The notes: a model not told the origin generated them from the sequence alone. Counted from the first letter of the stretch, positions 11,363-23,508 are shown. The stretch: 56,493 bases of DNA from a virus (IMGVR_UViG_3300035208_001055:1-56493), one strand, 5' to 3'. Translations and numbers: made by a program.

Positions 11363-11767
11363 GTGACGCGCGACGAGTTTCTAGCATTGGACGACTTCAC
11401 GAAAGCGTACATCATTTGCGCCTTGTGGTCAACGAACGATGAGTCGGATGACTCGGGCGGCGACCCCCTGGACCAGAACTATGAGCCAGAGGACATTGAC
11501 CCCGACACCCTCAACCGAATGGTGGAAGACTGCCAACAATTCCAACGGGAAAATTCCGGCGACCTTGCTTTGTACGCCAGCCCCGAATGGACGCCCGCCG
11601 AGTTAGGAGGGCACGATTTCTGGTTGACCCGCAATGGCCACGGGGCCGGATTCTGGGATCGAGATTGCTTGCCCGAAGAGGCGGGCAAGCGGTTGACGGA
11701 AGCCAGTGAAAAGTTTGGAGAGTTCGATTTGTACGTCGGTGATGATGGAGTAATCTACAACTTCTGA
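11363..11767 (+). CDS. Acidic conserved phage early protein (GHDFWLTRNGHGAGFWDR family)
   Basis: Hallmark motif GHDFWLTRNGHGAGFWDR; RBS aggag. Confidence 0.8.
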   Translation: MTRDEFLALDDFTKAYIICALWSTNDESDDSGGDPLDQNYEPEDIDPDTLNRMVEDCQQFQRENSGDLALYASPEWTPAELGGHDFWLTRNGHGAGFWDRDCLPEEAGKRLTEASEKFGEFDLYVGDDGVIYNF

Positions 11768-14052
11768 GAAAGGGCGAAAGATGAGTCGGAAACATTTCAA
11801 GGTGTTTGCCGCAAGGATCGCGGAGATTGAGGACTTGGAGGAACGGCAACGCTACGCAAGTTTTGTTGGCGAAGCGTGCGCCGAGTGCAATTGCAACTTT
11901 GATTGGTCGATTTGGTTGTCGGCCTGCGGCGTCGAAAGAAAGTGAAGGAAAACGAGGGACCAATGCACACGTTTACTTGTGAAGTTTTAGAGACGGTTGT
12001 AATCCGCAAAATCTACACGGTGGAAGCGGAGACGCCGACCGAAGCGCAGACTATGTTGTGCGACGGTGAGACTACTTCCGAGGTCGAGGTGCGCGTGGAA
12101 GAGGTTATCGAACGCGACCCCGATTTCAGCACCCTGGAACAGGAAGACTAGGATCGCAATGGAAGACTTGACGAAACGAGTCGGTCAACAGGTACGCGCG
12201 GCAGAAATGATGCTGGCACAAGCCCACATCCAAGCCCGGCAACCCCAAGCTAAGATAGCACGTCGATACTTGATCGGTATTGTCTACTATGGGGACCGGG
12301 TGCTTGCCGCAATACGCGACGGTGCGCCACACAATGCCTACTTGGACGCATTCGAGCAAAGCGCGGCATGGTCGCATGACGCCTTAGTCATGTTGAAAAA
12401 CGGTTGCTGTTGCGACCCGCAAGACTTGGACCGGAGATAATAATGCGACGACCGAAAGGCTGTACCCACTCAACTTGTGAGGGCGGAGAGTGTCGAAAAT
12501 GTCCGTGGAATCCTCAGTTTGACTACTGTGGCTTTCATCTCTCCTCCCCGCGCGGTGAGGTGCGCCATCCGGGTTGGCTTATCTTTGCCATTGGGATACC
12601 GGCCGGGCTTGTAATGACGACGCTATCGCGTAGTGGCAGCTATGCAACGGGATTCGTTCTGCTTGTGACGGGCGGGCTGGCGTTTTTGCTGGCACGGTGG
12701 CTAGTCCAACCGACCGAGGAAACTTCCCCTGAAAATCCAACAACGCAAAATACGGAGTGACCATGAAGAAGATCAGGCCAAGTAAAAACAAAGAGCAGTG
12801 GCCCCGACAAAAAGTAGCGACGGTGGATTGTCGAGTGAGGGATTTGATCGTCCGCATTACGGATTGGATGGACGATAAAGACGAACCCGCATACGACGTG
12901 GAGGTTTATGTCGGCGGCGTGTACGACTGGAATCTTTCCCAGAGTTTCACGTTGTCGAGTGGGCTGACAAAGAAACAATGTCGAGCGAGTGCGGTTGACT
13001 TTGCGAATCGGCAGATTGCCAAACTTCTGTAGGAGCGAACCAATGACGATTGACGAATTGATGTCAGCGTTGCAAAAGATGCGTGATGAGTCGCCTCTGG
13101 GCGGTGAGACTGTGGCGCTTGTCTGCATCCCCATGCTGGAATACCAGCCGATTATCGGAACTTGTCTCGAAGCAAGTAGCGACGGGGCCGTAGCGTTACT
13201 CGATATTGAGGATGTAGTCTGATGAATTACGTCAAAGACACATATCCAGACGGCGAGTGCCCCGACTGCGGAGAAGAAATTTCCGATGATGTGGTCAGCG
13301 GGGAAGAGTGCGAAAATTGCGGGCACGTCTTTTTCCTCGACCACGAGGACGATGATAGTGACTCCGGCAATGAGTTCATTGGTTGGGCCTTGGGGACAGG
13401 TTTATTCTAGGAGACATGACCATGAGTAACGTAAGTGACCGACGACGCCGGATCGAGTCGGAAGTACAGAAAGACTCCCGAGAACTAACTTTTCAACTCA
13501 TCTATGAGTGGGTGAAGACCGGCGTGTGCAGCTATCGTGAGTTCTTGGACTTGTTAAACGTGGCGACTTTCTGGGGGTGATACTATGATACGAGTTGAAT
13601 GCGACGGCTCCATTGTTCGCGTGTTGTGCGAACGTAGCAAGAAGGTAGAGTATGATATGCCCATTAGCATTGTCAACGGCGGTTACGTTGAAATGCCGTT
13701 GATTACGCGACGGGTAACACTCTCCCTTGAACAGGTGCAAGAGTTTATTCGGGCGCTGACTTTTGCGGCCGAGTTGTCTGGTAAACGAATCGAGATTGAA
13801 CACTGGGGTGAAGTATGAGACCGAGGACACTGACGATTTGGGTTGTCGGGCTAGTGCTGGGTTGGACGATTGGCATGTGGTGGTGTGGGACGTTCGCGGC
13901 CCCGCCGTCGCAGCAACCGCCGATTACTCAACGATAGCGATTTTTCTCCTGGCCAACCGTGGGAGGAATTTCTCGTGCGGATTTTAGGTTGGAAAATCTG
14001 ACTTGAAATTGACTCGAAAACTGATTCTACTTAACACCGTGAAAGGGCTGCG

Positions 14053-14754
14053 ATGTACGGCGATAAGTTCTATGATGCTACAGCATTTGCCGGGGTTGTT
14101 GACAACGTAATCCGCAACCTCCGACCAATTGACTTTGATGTAGTCGTGTTTCGTGGCTTCTCCGGTGCTGTAGTTGGCCCTGTGGTTGCCTTGAAAATGG
14201 GAAAGAATTGGGCCTTTGTCCGAAAGCACGATGACGACTCCCATAGCAGCAGTCGGATCGAGGGTTCGATCATTGGTCGCTATGTGATTGTTGACGATTT
14301 CATCGACTCCGGGGCAACAATTCGCAAGATCATAGAGGACGTTAGCTACACGTATCCAGATGCCGTGTGTCTCGGGGCATTCTTCTACGACCAAAGCTGG
14401 CACAGTCGTGCTGTTGCCGGTCCATATAAAGACCTATTCGAGGATAAGTTGCATGGGCTGACTTCCATCTTGAATTGGCAACCGCCCGCGAGCCACGAAG
14501 GTACAAAGAAGATGTTGGAGCGGCGACTACGGGAGTGGGTGATGGCTGATGCACGGAATCGGTCATCGCAGTACAACTCCGATAGGCCGCGCAGCATCGA
14601 CCCCGAGGATTGGCGGATCATGGTGGGTAATGCTGAGTCCGGCGCATTCTTTGACGATATGATGAAACGTACAAGCCAGGGTATCACACCCTATCTTGCT
14701 CCGGCCGGTCTAGGTAAGACATTCGGCATGGACCCGGCCGCACTTAACCAATGA
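14053..14754 (+). CDS. Type I phosphoribosyltransferase-family protein with C-terminal extension
   Basis: PRPP-binding loop YVIVDDFIDSGATI, upstream VFRGFSGAVVG and FVRK motifs. Confidence 0.85.
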   Translation: MYGDKFYDATAFAGVVDNVIRNLRPIDFDVVVFRGFSGAVVGPVVALKMGKNWAFVRKHDDDSHSSSRIEGSIIGRYVIVDDFIDSGATIRKIIEDVSYTYPDAVCLGAFFYDQSWHSRAVAGPYKDLFEDKLHGLTSILNWQPPASHEGTKKMLERRLREWVMADARNRSSQYNSDRPRSIDPEDWRIMVGNAESGAFFDDMMKRTSQGITPYLAPAGLGKTFGMDPAALNQ

Positions 14755-15071
14755 GGAAATCAATGAAGAAACAGACGACGAAACAAATGAACGACTTACG
14801 AGTCTATTGGATGGTTTGCATTCCGGGCGGGGAGTTCTTTGTCCCGGTGCTGTCCTTGGCCGAGGCCACAAAGATACTCGACACGTTAGCGGACTACACC
14901 AATTTCCTCATTGAACATGGGCACCTTACGGATGAGGCCAACACGTCGGGCGTGGAGGAGTTGGTTGACGGCGCTTGGGTCGAGTGGGAGGACGCCGACT
15001 GCAATAACATCGGCGACTTGACATTCGAGGAAGTGCTTATCGCCGACGCGAATCGGCGGAGGGGGACATAA

Positions 15072-15553
15072 GATGTCCCTTTACGCATGTCAATTCTGTG
15101 GCGGCGGACTGGAAGCATCCTTGCTTCTTCTCGTGACCGGCGGGTGGGCGGCGCTTGGTGCCCTTCGGCTGTGGGTTTATAAGAGTGCCCATAAGAGAGC
15201 GTGTAAACGCAACAAGCAACACCCCACGGACGGGTAGTAGCTTGCAGGCGCTTCTTTGCCAGGATGTAGCGCCCTGGCGCTACTCCCCGTTGGTAGGATA
15301 TGTGCCGACGCCCCGCCGACGCCCCGCCAACGCCCCCGACTTCTCACAACAAACCGGGTACTTCTCACAACAAGAGGGCCGACGCCCGACCGACGCCCGC
15401 CGTCGCCCTACTTCGCGGTCGGTGCAGGTGGTGCAGGTGGTGCAGGTGGCGCAGGTGGAGCGGCCCGGCCGAACGATTGGCAGCTAACCGCTAAGAGGAT
15501 GAGTAGAACACTCAGTAGAACTAGAAGGTGGGAGCGGATCATTAGCAGGTCTC
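15072..15553. other. Convergent strand-switch junction, repeat-rich and probably non-coding
   Basis: + genes end at 15071, - genes end at 15554; contains cgacgccc(c)g repeats, cttctcacaacaa x2, 9-bp ggtgcaggt x3-4, and palindrome GTAGCGCC-ct-GGCGCTAC (15266-15283). Confidence 0.7.
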
Positions 15554-18500
15554 CTAGCATTCAAGTAGGGCGTCACGGACCAGACCCGCGAGGAGCGTGA
15601 TATTAGGGTCAAAGTCGTCGTGGACTTCATCGGCTTGAGCCACGACCATCTCTACGAGAGTAAGTGGTCGTGGAAGAACACGGCCGAAGTCTAGCCCACA
15701 AGACAGGCAGATATTTCGACGGTCCTTGTAGAGTGGTTGCTTGTGCTTGCAACTACAGCAGGTAATCATGCCGAGATAGGCGTCGGTGTGGGTCATTTCG
15801 TGTCAGTCTCGCATCAGTCTTTGTACGCTTCCGCTATTCGTTTCATGTCGTGTTCCATGTCGCGCTGAAGCCACTCAGCTTTGCGCTGGCGCAATTCTGC
15901 CGCCACTCGACACTTAGGACACTCTTCTGCCCCTGAATTGAACCAGGGGCCAAGGTAGGTCATGGACGTGATATTGATGGCTTGTGGCGTCCACTCGGGA
16001 CCGCAGCGGGGGTCTAAGAGAGCGGCCTTGACAAGCGGGGCGAGTTCGGCTACGTCCTCGCCGTGGCCGGGGCCGAATGTGACCACGGCGTCAGGACACT
16101 CTACCCCTCTTGGGCCAGTATACTTAACCAGATAGGCGGATGACATCGCGTGCCTCTAATGTGCCTCTAATGGGTTACGTGAAAAACCAACGAGTGACCC
16201 ACCACGGCCAAGTCATTGCGTCGTAGAGTTGGTTCGGCGTGTAGAATAGGACCACGAGATAGGCATAGAGAACCATGAGCGCCCACCATATCACAAAGGT
16301 GATACCCGCGAGAATCAATGGAGATTTCCACTGGCGTCTTTTCCGCATGGTTATCGCCTCTCGCGGGTTGGGAGTGATTTTGGCCGGATGGTTGGCCGGT
16401 TCCGCCGGGCAGACTTTCCGAGGGCAACGGCTTCAGCCTCAGACATTACGTGTACGCATTCTTCACAGTAGTGCTTGTCGTCTAAGACACTCCACCCGAT
16501 GCTTTTAAGATAGGCGGGCACGTTGCGCTCATCCCATCCGTTGCGTGCAATGGAAGTCAGTTGAACTTGCTCGACATGATGGCAGCCATCGCAGGTTACG
16601 TCGATGTAGGCGTCTGAGTACATGGCTTCCCTTTCTCACCATTGGGCAACACGGAGGGCGGCATACCATCAAGATCAAACACGATTGTCAGCTTCCCATC
16701 CTTCATGTAGGGACCGATTCGCTTTCGTATTTCATCTTCTTCGACCTTGTGCCCGTATGCGGCCGAGTGAACAAACTCCTGCAAGTCCATGTCGGGCTTG
16801 ACGACGATAACAAAACGTCTCATACCAACTCCTCCATATAAGAGGCGGCTATCTTGTCGGACATCTCGCCCTCGAAAGTCGCCCCGCAAGAACAAGTCAC
16901 AGTGAATAGGACGATAGCGCCGAAGTATGACTTCGCATACCGACCGCCACCTTCCTCGATTTGCTCGATACCAGTGTCTTCGACTTCGAGTTCGTGGTCA
17001 CGGTGTTTCTCGGCAAATTCACTCGGCAGATCAAACTCTAGGTCGAGATTGGCTTCTTTGAGTTCACCGCCGCAGTCAGCGCAACAGCGAACGAGTCGCA
17101 CGGTTGCCCGCACAACATCACAATCGACTTCGATACTATCGAGTTCCGGCTCTTGGAAATCCAAGGCCACGAATTTATTGCAGTCGGGGCATCGCATGAT
17201 TTTAGTCCGTGTAAGGGATGCTGATTTGGGTTGGCGGTTCCTTCCCCTGTTTCAAGGCTTCCTTTGTCTTTCGACGGAGTTGCCTTGCTTTTTGTTCCGT
17301 CTTTGTTTTGCTACCAGCACGGTGGCGACCGTTTCGGCAGGCTTTACAAGAGCAGAATTTGTATTCTTTGCTCATGGTCATTTGTTAGAGGTCGAAATGC
17401 TTGCGTAAGAATAGGCCGAACACAAAGATGGCGAGTATGCACCCAATAGTTGGCGGGCAAGTCACAATGATCGCCACGATTAAGGCCGCGATGAACAAAA
17501 TCAGTAGGAGGCAAAGACCGACGATTGCTCCTAAGAGAAAGGTGAAAATGATGTCGAGAATCCAATTCCAAACTGGTCTCATTGCTTCGACTCCAATTCT
17601 CCACCGCCGAGTCGGGGACTGAGAATCATCATCTCGGGTCCGAGAAGTTTCTGCGCTTCTTTGATACGATCCTTGTGGATGATAACAGGGATATAGTCGT
17701 CCGGGTAGGCAATGATTCGACTGACATGGAATTTCTGCCTTAGCGTTGTGCATTGCTGGTTCACGTCACGCCCATCGCCCGCATAGGAGGCCAGTAGACA
17801 GTCAACACCGTCCGGGCCGTTCACGATGGCAGTTGGTGACGCCTCTTGCGGATTGGCACTGCTGATGGGCAGGGCAAATGCGAGAACAGTCGCCAGCATA
17901 AGGACACAAACGCTACAGCACAGGATACATCGTCTCATAGTCGCACTCATGGTAACACTCCTAGTAAAGGGTTCGTTATTGAACGGGGTTCCAGTCAAGA
18001 TGGTAGATGGTTTTGACGCAATGGCCACGGCGGATGTCGCGGTAGGCATTGTACAATTGGTTGCCGACTGGGGACGCGATACGCGGACCCAAAACGGTCA
18101 ACAACTTTTCCTCGGTCCAGTTTTGAGCGATTAGCTCATCAGCTAGATCGGCGACAGGGTTGGTATGCTCGATCCTATCAAGTTCTTTGTGCAGATCGAG
18201 TACCCTTGGCTTCTTCTGTTGTGGTATCATCGTAGCATTCCAAGTAACCAAGCCAGACACATGGCGACGGTAAGCGCCAAGCCTACGGGCCAGAGGGCAT
18301 GGATTTTGTTGGTTGGTTTTCGAGTTACGGTTCGAGTTGCAATTCGGTTGTGGCGGGGTTGTGCTTGAAAGTCCTCGCGGTAGGCCGGGGGCGTCTCTTG
18401 GACTACTTTAGGCGACGGCCGTGGTGTCAGGTTTTGATCGACGCTCACAAACGCAGCCCACCACTCATCGGGAATGTCGCGTGGTTCTACCCTTATTAGG

Positions 18501-19590
18501 GCTTTGAGTTGATTGACAGCACGAACGCCTTCCGTCAGGCTATCGGGTGTTGCGCCTTCCCATACCACAAAGAGGACACCACCGAATTTGTTTGGCGACC
18601 GACCCGTTGTGAACAGATAGCGGTCTTGATCGCGGTAGAATATGTAGTTCAGACGTTTCATTGCGTGTCTTTCGATGGCACGGGAAGTGTTCTTGCGATG
18701 TCGAGAAGTTTCTCCGTAGAGAGTTTTTCTAACTCGTGGCGCAGTTCGCAAAATCGCTGGATACGTAGGATCAGATTTGTTCGCCGAGTGGCTTCTGCAA
18801 CTTGAGCAATCTCATCCTCAGTGGCAATGCTCGCGTATCGCCGACTCCATCTATCCGATGTGATTTCATGCCCGTCCCGCCGAAACTTCGTTCCGTTGCA
18901 ATGGACTTGTGTTTTGGTGGCGTGCGTCACCGTTGCAATGCACTTACTGTGAGTGCCGTACACGAGTATCTTATCGCCTACCTTTGCATTCAAGAGGTCA
19001 GCCATCAGTGTCATTTTACCTTTCCAGCCGGGCCAAGTGTTCGACCAAGTGCAACACCTTCTGCGAACATCAGGGCTTTAGGATACGTGCAAACTGATTT
19101 CACCGGCGCGTCGAGTGGTCCGAATACAAAGTAACGGATACCGTCACGCGAATAGTATCGCACGTGAAGGCGCGATACCCGGCTCAAGTGGTCGAGTCTA
19201 TCTCGCATAGTTGCTCCCGTGCCTCATCGGATTCGTCGGCCGATGCTTCTCGTATCTTGACCGACAGGCCAGTCAGAGGAAACTCGTTGTCAGGAAACCA
19301 ATCGTCGGTCAGTGAAGCAGCTACATCTTGAGCGTCCGGCTCTAAGCAAAGAACTTCCATGACGATTTTCTTGATACGCATAGCGTGCCCTTTCATGTTA
19401 TGGAGCGTTTCACGCGACCGATCAGTTGTAGTAGTTGTCGCGTGGTATCGTGAAGTTGTTGGTACGATGATCGGACGGTTTGACCCATTGCATCCATGTT
19501 TGTTGAGTCTACGTCACTCAAGTCTCGACAGACAGAATGGAGTTGACTGTTGATGTGCGTCAGTTGTTGCGCTATCTGGTTGTTCGTCAT
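15554..19590 (-). other. Array of small hypothetical ORFs, several with Zn-ribbon CxxC motifs or TM helices
   Basis: e.g. 16351-16623, 16820-17197 (CPDC...CCADC), 18227-18751 (C-terminal TM), 18658-19014. Confidence 0.7.
17579..17938 (-). CDS. Hypothetical exported protein
   Basis: MRRCILCCSVCVLMLATVLAFALPISSA is signal-peptide-like. Confidence 0.6.
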   Translation of the reverse strand: MRRCILCCSVCVLMLATVLAFALPISSANPQEASPTAIVNGPDGVDCLLASYAGDGRDVNQQCTTLRQKFHVSRIIAYPDDYIPVIIHKDRIKEAQKLLGPEMMILSPRLGGGELESKQ

Positions 19591-19932
19591 TGGTCGATTC
19601 GCATTCGATTTACAGACGGTTCAGAATGCTGGTAAGTTTGTCCCGTAGTTGCTGAGCGCAACTCGCACAAAGACGGCTGTTCTTTCGGAGTACCCCATCT
19701 CTCTTAAACGCCACGACGACTACACATCCCACACGCTGCTCGCATTGGTCGCATGTATCTAACGGGAGGTGCCATTCCATTACTTCAAGTTTTTCCATTT
19801 CGCTTCGTACTTCTCTTCGTTGTTAGGGTTTCAGGTTCAACAGGTAAAAGAATGCCGCCCCGCTCGGTATCCTTTGAGCGGGGCGGCGACCATCTTACTG
19901 AAAGGGCAGCAGTGAAGATGGTGGGTTTGGTC

Positions 19933-20436
19933 TTAGGTGTATTCCTCCACGAGTTCACAGACGGCCGTGTTCTTCTCACTGCGAAGATCGTCCGGGTCGT
20001 CTCCATCATACTCATCGCCCTCTTCCGCAGCTTCTTCCTGTTCGGTTTCTGCATTGCGGATTCGGTCGTCGTAGTCGTCCATGAGGTCACTTGCCTCATC
20101 GTTGATTTTCTCGATCAACTCTCGCCACTCAGCATAGACGGCATTGCCGTAGGTATAAGCGGCCTGCGCACAGACGGCTTCGCGCGGTTCAAGTCCCTGC
20201 CAGAGGCCGGAGTCGGTTTCCTCGTTGTCGCGCAATTCGTCCAAGAGTTCGGCCGCTTCTTGCAGGTCGTAGGACTTGTCCGTGTGATTTTCGTGGTGGT
20301 AAGAATCGCCATTGGGATAATCATTGAACAGATCGTCACTTGCTTCTCCCTTTTCAAGAAGCATCCCGACAATCTCATCCTTGAAGTACGCAACGGTTTC
20401 CTTAGCATCACTTCTGGCGTCGTCTCGGTAACTCAT
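19933..20436 (-). CDS. Highly acidic Ocr (T7 gp0.3)-like DNA-mimic candidate
   Basis: About 52 D/E vs about 14 K/R in 167 aa (hand count); EETDSGLW...QAAYTY parallels T7 Ocr EFEDSGLM...QARIY as recalled; first gene after promoter 20537-20564. Confidence 0.65.
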   Translation of the reverse strand: MSYRDDARSDAKETVAYFKDEIVGMLLEKGEASDDLFNDYPNGDSYHHENHTDKSYDLQEAAELLDELRDNEETDSGLWQGLEPREAVCAQAAYTYGNAVYAEWRELIEKINDEASDLMDDYDDRIRNAETEQEEAAEEGDEYDGDDPDDLRSEKNTAVCELVEEYT

Positions 20437-20536
20437 TTTCACCCTTTCTTGTGTCTTAAAAGGCAAACCTTTGTGCGCCAATCGGGCCTTGATTCGTGTC
20501 GCCCGACCACCGGAGGGTTTGCTTCAACTCTATTCA

Positions 20537-20564
20537 ATCATACCACGTTTTTCAGGAAAGTCAA
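20537..20564 (-). promoter_or_regulatory. sigma70-like early promoter
   Basis: Reverse complement TTGACT-N16-TATGAT followed by TGAATAG. Confidence 0.85.
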
Positions 20565-20860
20565 GTGAAATCACCCGGATTTATTGGATTTCGTCGTCCA
20601 GGGTGATTGCTGGCAAGTTCATTTGTGCCCGGACACCCGCCCCGATAGGTGAGGTTTCCATCAGAATGCACTCGTGAAAGACGTTGTTTTGCTCATGCAC
20701 AAATTCCACGAATGGTCGGGTTCCATCCCACGTCTGTTGGAACGCCAGCAATTGATTCTTCGACAGAGTGGTCAGCGCAGACCACAAACGCCCCAGTATG
20801 TCGGCCCGTTCCTTTTCCGGCATAGTCGGTAGTGTGTCAAGTAATTCTCGATATGTCATG

Positions 20861-21574
20861 TCAATCTCTCCAATTCTGTAGTTGAAGTCGGCGACGGATA
20901 GTTTCCAGTTTGCTTTCTCGGGTGCAAGCTGGTTGTGCTTCTGGCACGCCCGTGACGTGGTATCCAGCGTCTTCGATTTGTTTCACGACAGACATGGCAA
21001 TTTCATCACGCAAGGTCTCTGCGTAATCACAATCGTCGATGCCGCCGACAGAATCTACGTAACGGATACCGAGAAGAGTGAAGTCACTGCAAACACGCCA
21101 CCACTCATAGCCATTTTCGTACCAGTTGACCAGCAACTTCATTGTTCGCCGTTTTTCGGAGGCGACGGTTTCCAGGGCTACTTGTCGAGAAGCCCCACGC
21201 TCACGTTGGTGCTGGTAGATACCGTAGTCATTGTCGTCAAGAGTTATGACGACTCGTTCACGGTTAGCCGAGTCCCAGCAACAACCTTGCATCTCTTCCG
21301 TGTCAGCAGCGCTCTCAAAGCGGCGGGCCAAGGTAGCCGTATGCTCCCAACCGTCGCACCAATCCCACGGTGCCTCTGTCATACTATCATCCGGTTCGAC
21401 GATGGTAGCTTCGAGGATGTCCTCATATTCGACCGTGGCTGGTCGTGTTTCGACGGCAATCATAGTGTCCCCGTGCCGTATCAGGGTTTTCGGTTCGAGT
21501 AGTGCGGTTTCCATTGGTGCCCTTATCGGCGAGTGTATCGTTTCGTGAGAAGACGACCGAGTTCCTTCATGCAC
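20861..21574 (-). CDS. Hypothetical protein (acidic, Trp-rich)
   Basis: ORF track; sits in a co-oriented array. Confidence 0.65.
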   Translation of the reverse strand: MHEGTRSSSHETIHSPIRAPMETALLEPKTLIRHGDTMIAVETRPATVEYEDILEATIVEPDDSMTEAPWDWCDGWEHTATLARRFESAADTEEMQGCCWDSANRERVVITLDDNDYGIYQHQRERGASRQVALETVASEKRRTMKLLVNWYENGYEWWRVCSDFTLLGIRYVDSVGGIDDCDYAETLRDEIAMSVVKQIEDAGYHVTGVPEAQPACTRESKLETIRRRLQLQNWRD

Positions 21575-21743
21575 ACCCGTGCATAGATTGGGTCGCCGTC
21601 ACAAGCCGGGAACAACTCGCGGACAAGTTTCTCTGTCCGTGCGATGGCTTGTTCCATCCGGTTGTCGAAAGTCTCGTTGACTACTTTACGTTCGCTTGAT
21701 TCGCTCATGGTTCGCCCTTTCGTTTGTGTGCCTCAACACTACA

Positions 21744-21771
21744 ATCATAGCACACTTTTCAAGAAAGTCAA
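21744..21771 (-). promoter_or_regulatory. sigma70-like early promoter
   Basis: TTGACT-N16-TATGAT followed by TGTAGTG. Confidence 0.85.
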
Positions 21772-21772
21772 G

Positions 21773-22231
21773 TCACCGCGAACAATTTTCTCGATTTTCC
21801 GTCTGCCAGAGGCTTGTCTCGGTATAGTCGCCCTTAATCGGGAAGATGCTGAATGTTTTGTAGGGAATGACGGTTGTGACGCGCGTATCAATTACAGTGA
21901 TACTGCCGAGGCGGCGGGGGACTTCCTTGAAGGCGACAGTCGGCTTGACCCCGGCCAACGCTCCGGCCTTGATGATTGCCTCCCTCGCCCTGTCTAAGGC
22001 TTCCTGTTTGCTTCGGTTCTGGTCAAAGGGATTCTCTTGCCGATTATCATTCACGGCAATGTCACGGGCCGCTTGACTAACGGCGCACTGAATGACATGG
22101 CGGACCATGATAACACGTCCGAACGCAATCATGCCAATGACCAGTAGCAGAAAGAGCGGGCATACTAATGCAAACTCAACCGCAGCAGCACCCCGTCGAT
22201 TTGTTCTAGTCCCGATTCTAGTCCCGACCAT
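21773..22231 (-). CDS. TadE/TadG-like minor pilin (Flp/Tad pseudopilin)
   Basis: Prepilin cleavage motif RRG|AAAVEFALVCPLFLLLVIGMIAFGR (G|xxxxE plus hydrophobic helix), then A..AAR; RBS ggag before ATG 22231. Confidence 0.88.
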   Translation of the reverse strand: MVGTRIGTRTNRRGAAAVEFALVCPLFLLLVIGMIAFGRVIMVRHVIQCAVSQAARDIAVNDNRQENPFDQNRSKQEALDRAREAIIKAGALAGVKPTVAFKEVPRRLGSITVIDTRVTTVIPYKTFSIFPIKGDYTETSLWQTENRENCSR

Positions 22232-23508
22232 ACAAAAGTTCTCCGTTGACATAGGCTTGTTCGCACGGGGAGAGTTCATGGACAAAACTACCGAGGCCGG
22301 TGCCCCAATACATCCATACGTAATCCTGCCCCCAGAAAATCTCCGTCTCGAAACCGTTGGAAAGCCAACCGACTGGTGTACCGACGCCGAGATCGTTTAG
22401 GTAATTGCAAGCGTCGTCGAGGTCGGTGAAACTTTCATGCGCTCCGTCATCACCAACACGCACCCAGATCAGCATTTTCGTCGCCCTTTCGAGTCTATAT
22501 CAAGGAAGGCGATAAAGTTTCCATGCCTATCGACACGAACATCTCGCCATTCCAATGTCTCTTCTCCATTTTGGTGCATTAAAGTTTCAACTCTGGCCGC
22601 AAGTCGTTGCAACTCGTGGTTTCGTCGTTTCGTCGAGAACGGTAACAGCGTCCCGTCTTCAAATCTATCGGTTACGTGCCCATTTCGATGGACGATGACG
22701 CCGATAGCCAATGCACCTGTGTGTGTATCATCAATATCAATGTACGCAGTCAACTCATCATCACTGTGACACTCGCCGGGGTCGAGCAATTCGGACACTG
22801 AAAATGCCCAATACTCACGCCAGGGGCGATTTCGATTGTATCGTGGTGACTTCTTTCTCATGGTATCGCATGTTCAGAAGTTAGGTACGTCGTCGGCCAT
22901 CGTGGCAGCGGCATTATAACCTGTCCATGCGACTTCCTTGAACGCCGCTTGTAATGCGCCGGGCATTGCTGCGTACTTTCTCTCTTGCGTCTTCCACCAC
23001 TTCTCGAAACCGGGGCAGTATTCCGGTAATCCCGGTAGGGTGGTTTTTAATTGATGTGTTTGATAATCCACAGTGTTACCCGATTGTGATGTTGTGGGTT
23101 GGTTCGTCTCGTTCGGAGTCGGCGTAGACGACGAGTTTCAATACCCCGTCGCATAATTCGAGAACGCCTACGAGTCGGCTGTCCCCGTTGTCGTCGCATC
23201 CGGCGAACAGGCAAACTCCATCGGGGCGTGTGACGACCTTGACTCCTTGAAGTTCGCTGCGGCCTTCGAGTACATCTTTCAGGAAGATGTAGGATTCGGT
23301 TCGATTTGTCATTGGTTTACTCATTGGTTTACCCTTTTCTACTGTACGTGTTTCGCTACCTTCGACTCTTTCCAGGTCGCATCATCCTTGTCGAGTGCGT
23401 GTCGGCCACGGCGACGGCCGTAGCGTTTCATCCGTGAATAGGACTTCCGATGCCCTTGGTTGACTTTTTCTTCTCGGTCAGATCGACTCATCTTACAACC
23501 TCGCTTGA

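Larger units (their letters stand above)
297..15071 (+). other. Early / host-takeover-type region: dense array of small co-oriented hypothetical ORFs with repeated strong promoters
   Basis: Dozens of 45-320 aa ORFs with purine-rich RBSs and overlapping start/stop codons (e.g. 297-536, 601-864, 940-1080, 1117-1380, 1844-2044, 2357-2575, 2745-3062, 8884-9072, 10822-11151, 13222-13410, 14751-15071); seven TTGAC[AT]-N16-TAnnnT promoters. Confidence 0.8.

Noticed and set aside
14003-14036. Promoter upstream of the PRTase
   Set aside because: TTGAAA/TTGACT and a GAAAATC box are present, but no acceptable -10 at 16-17 nt
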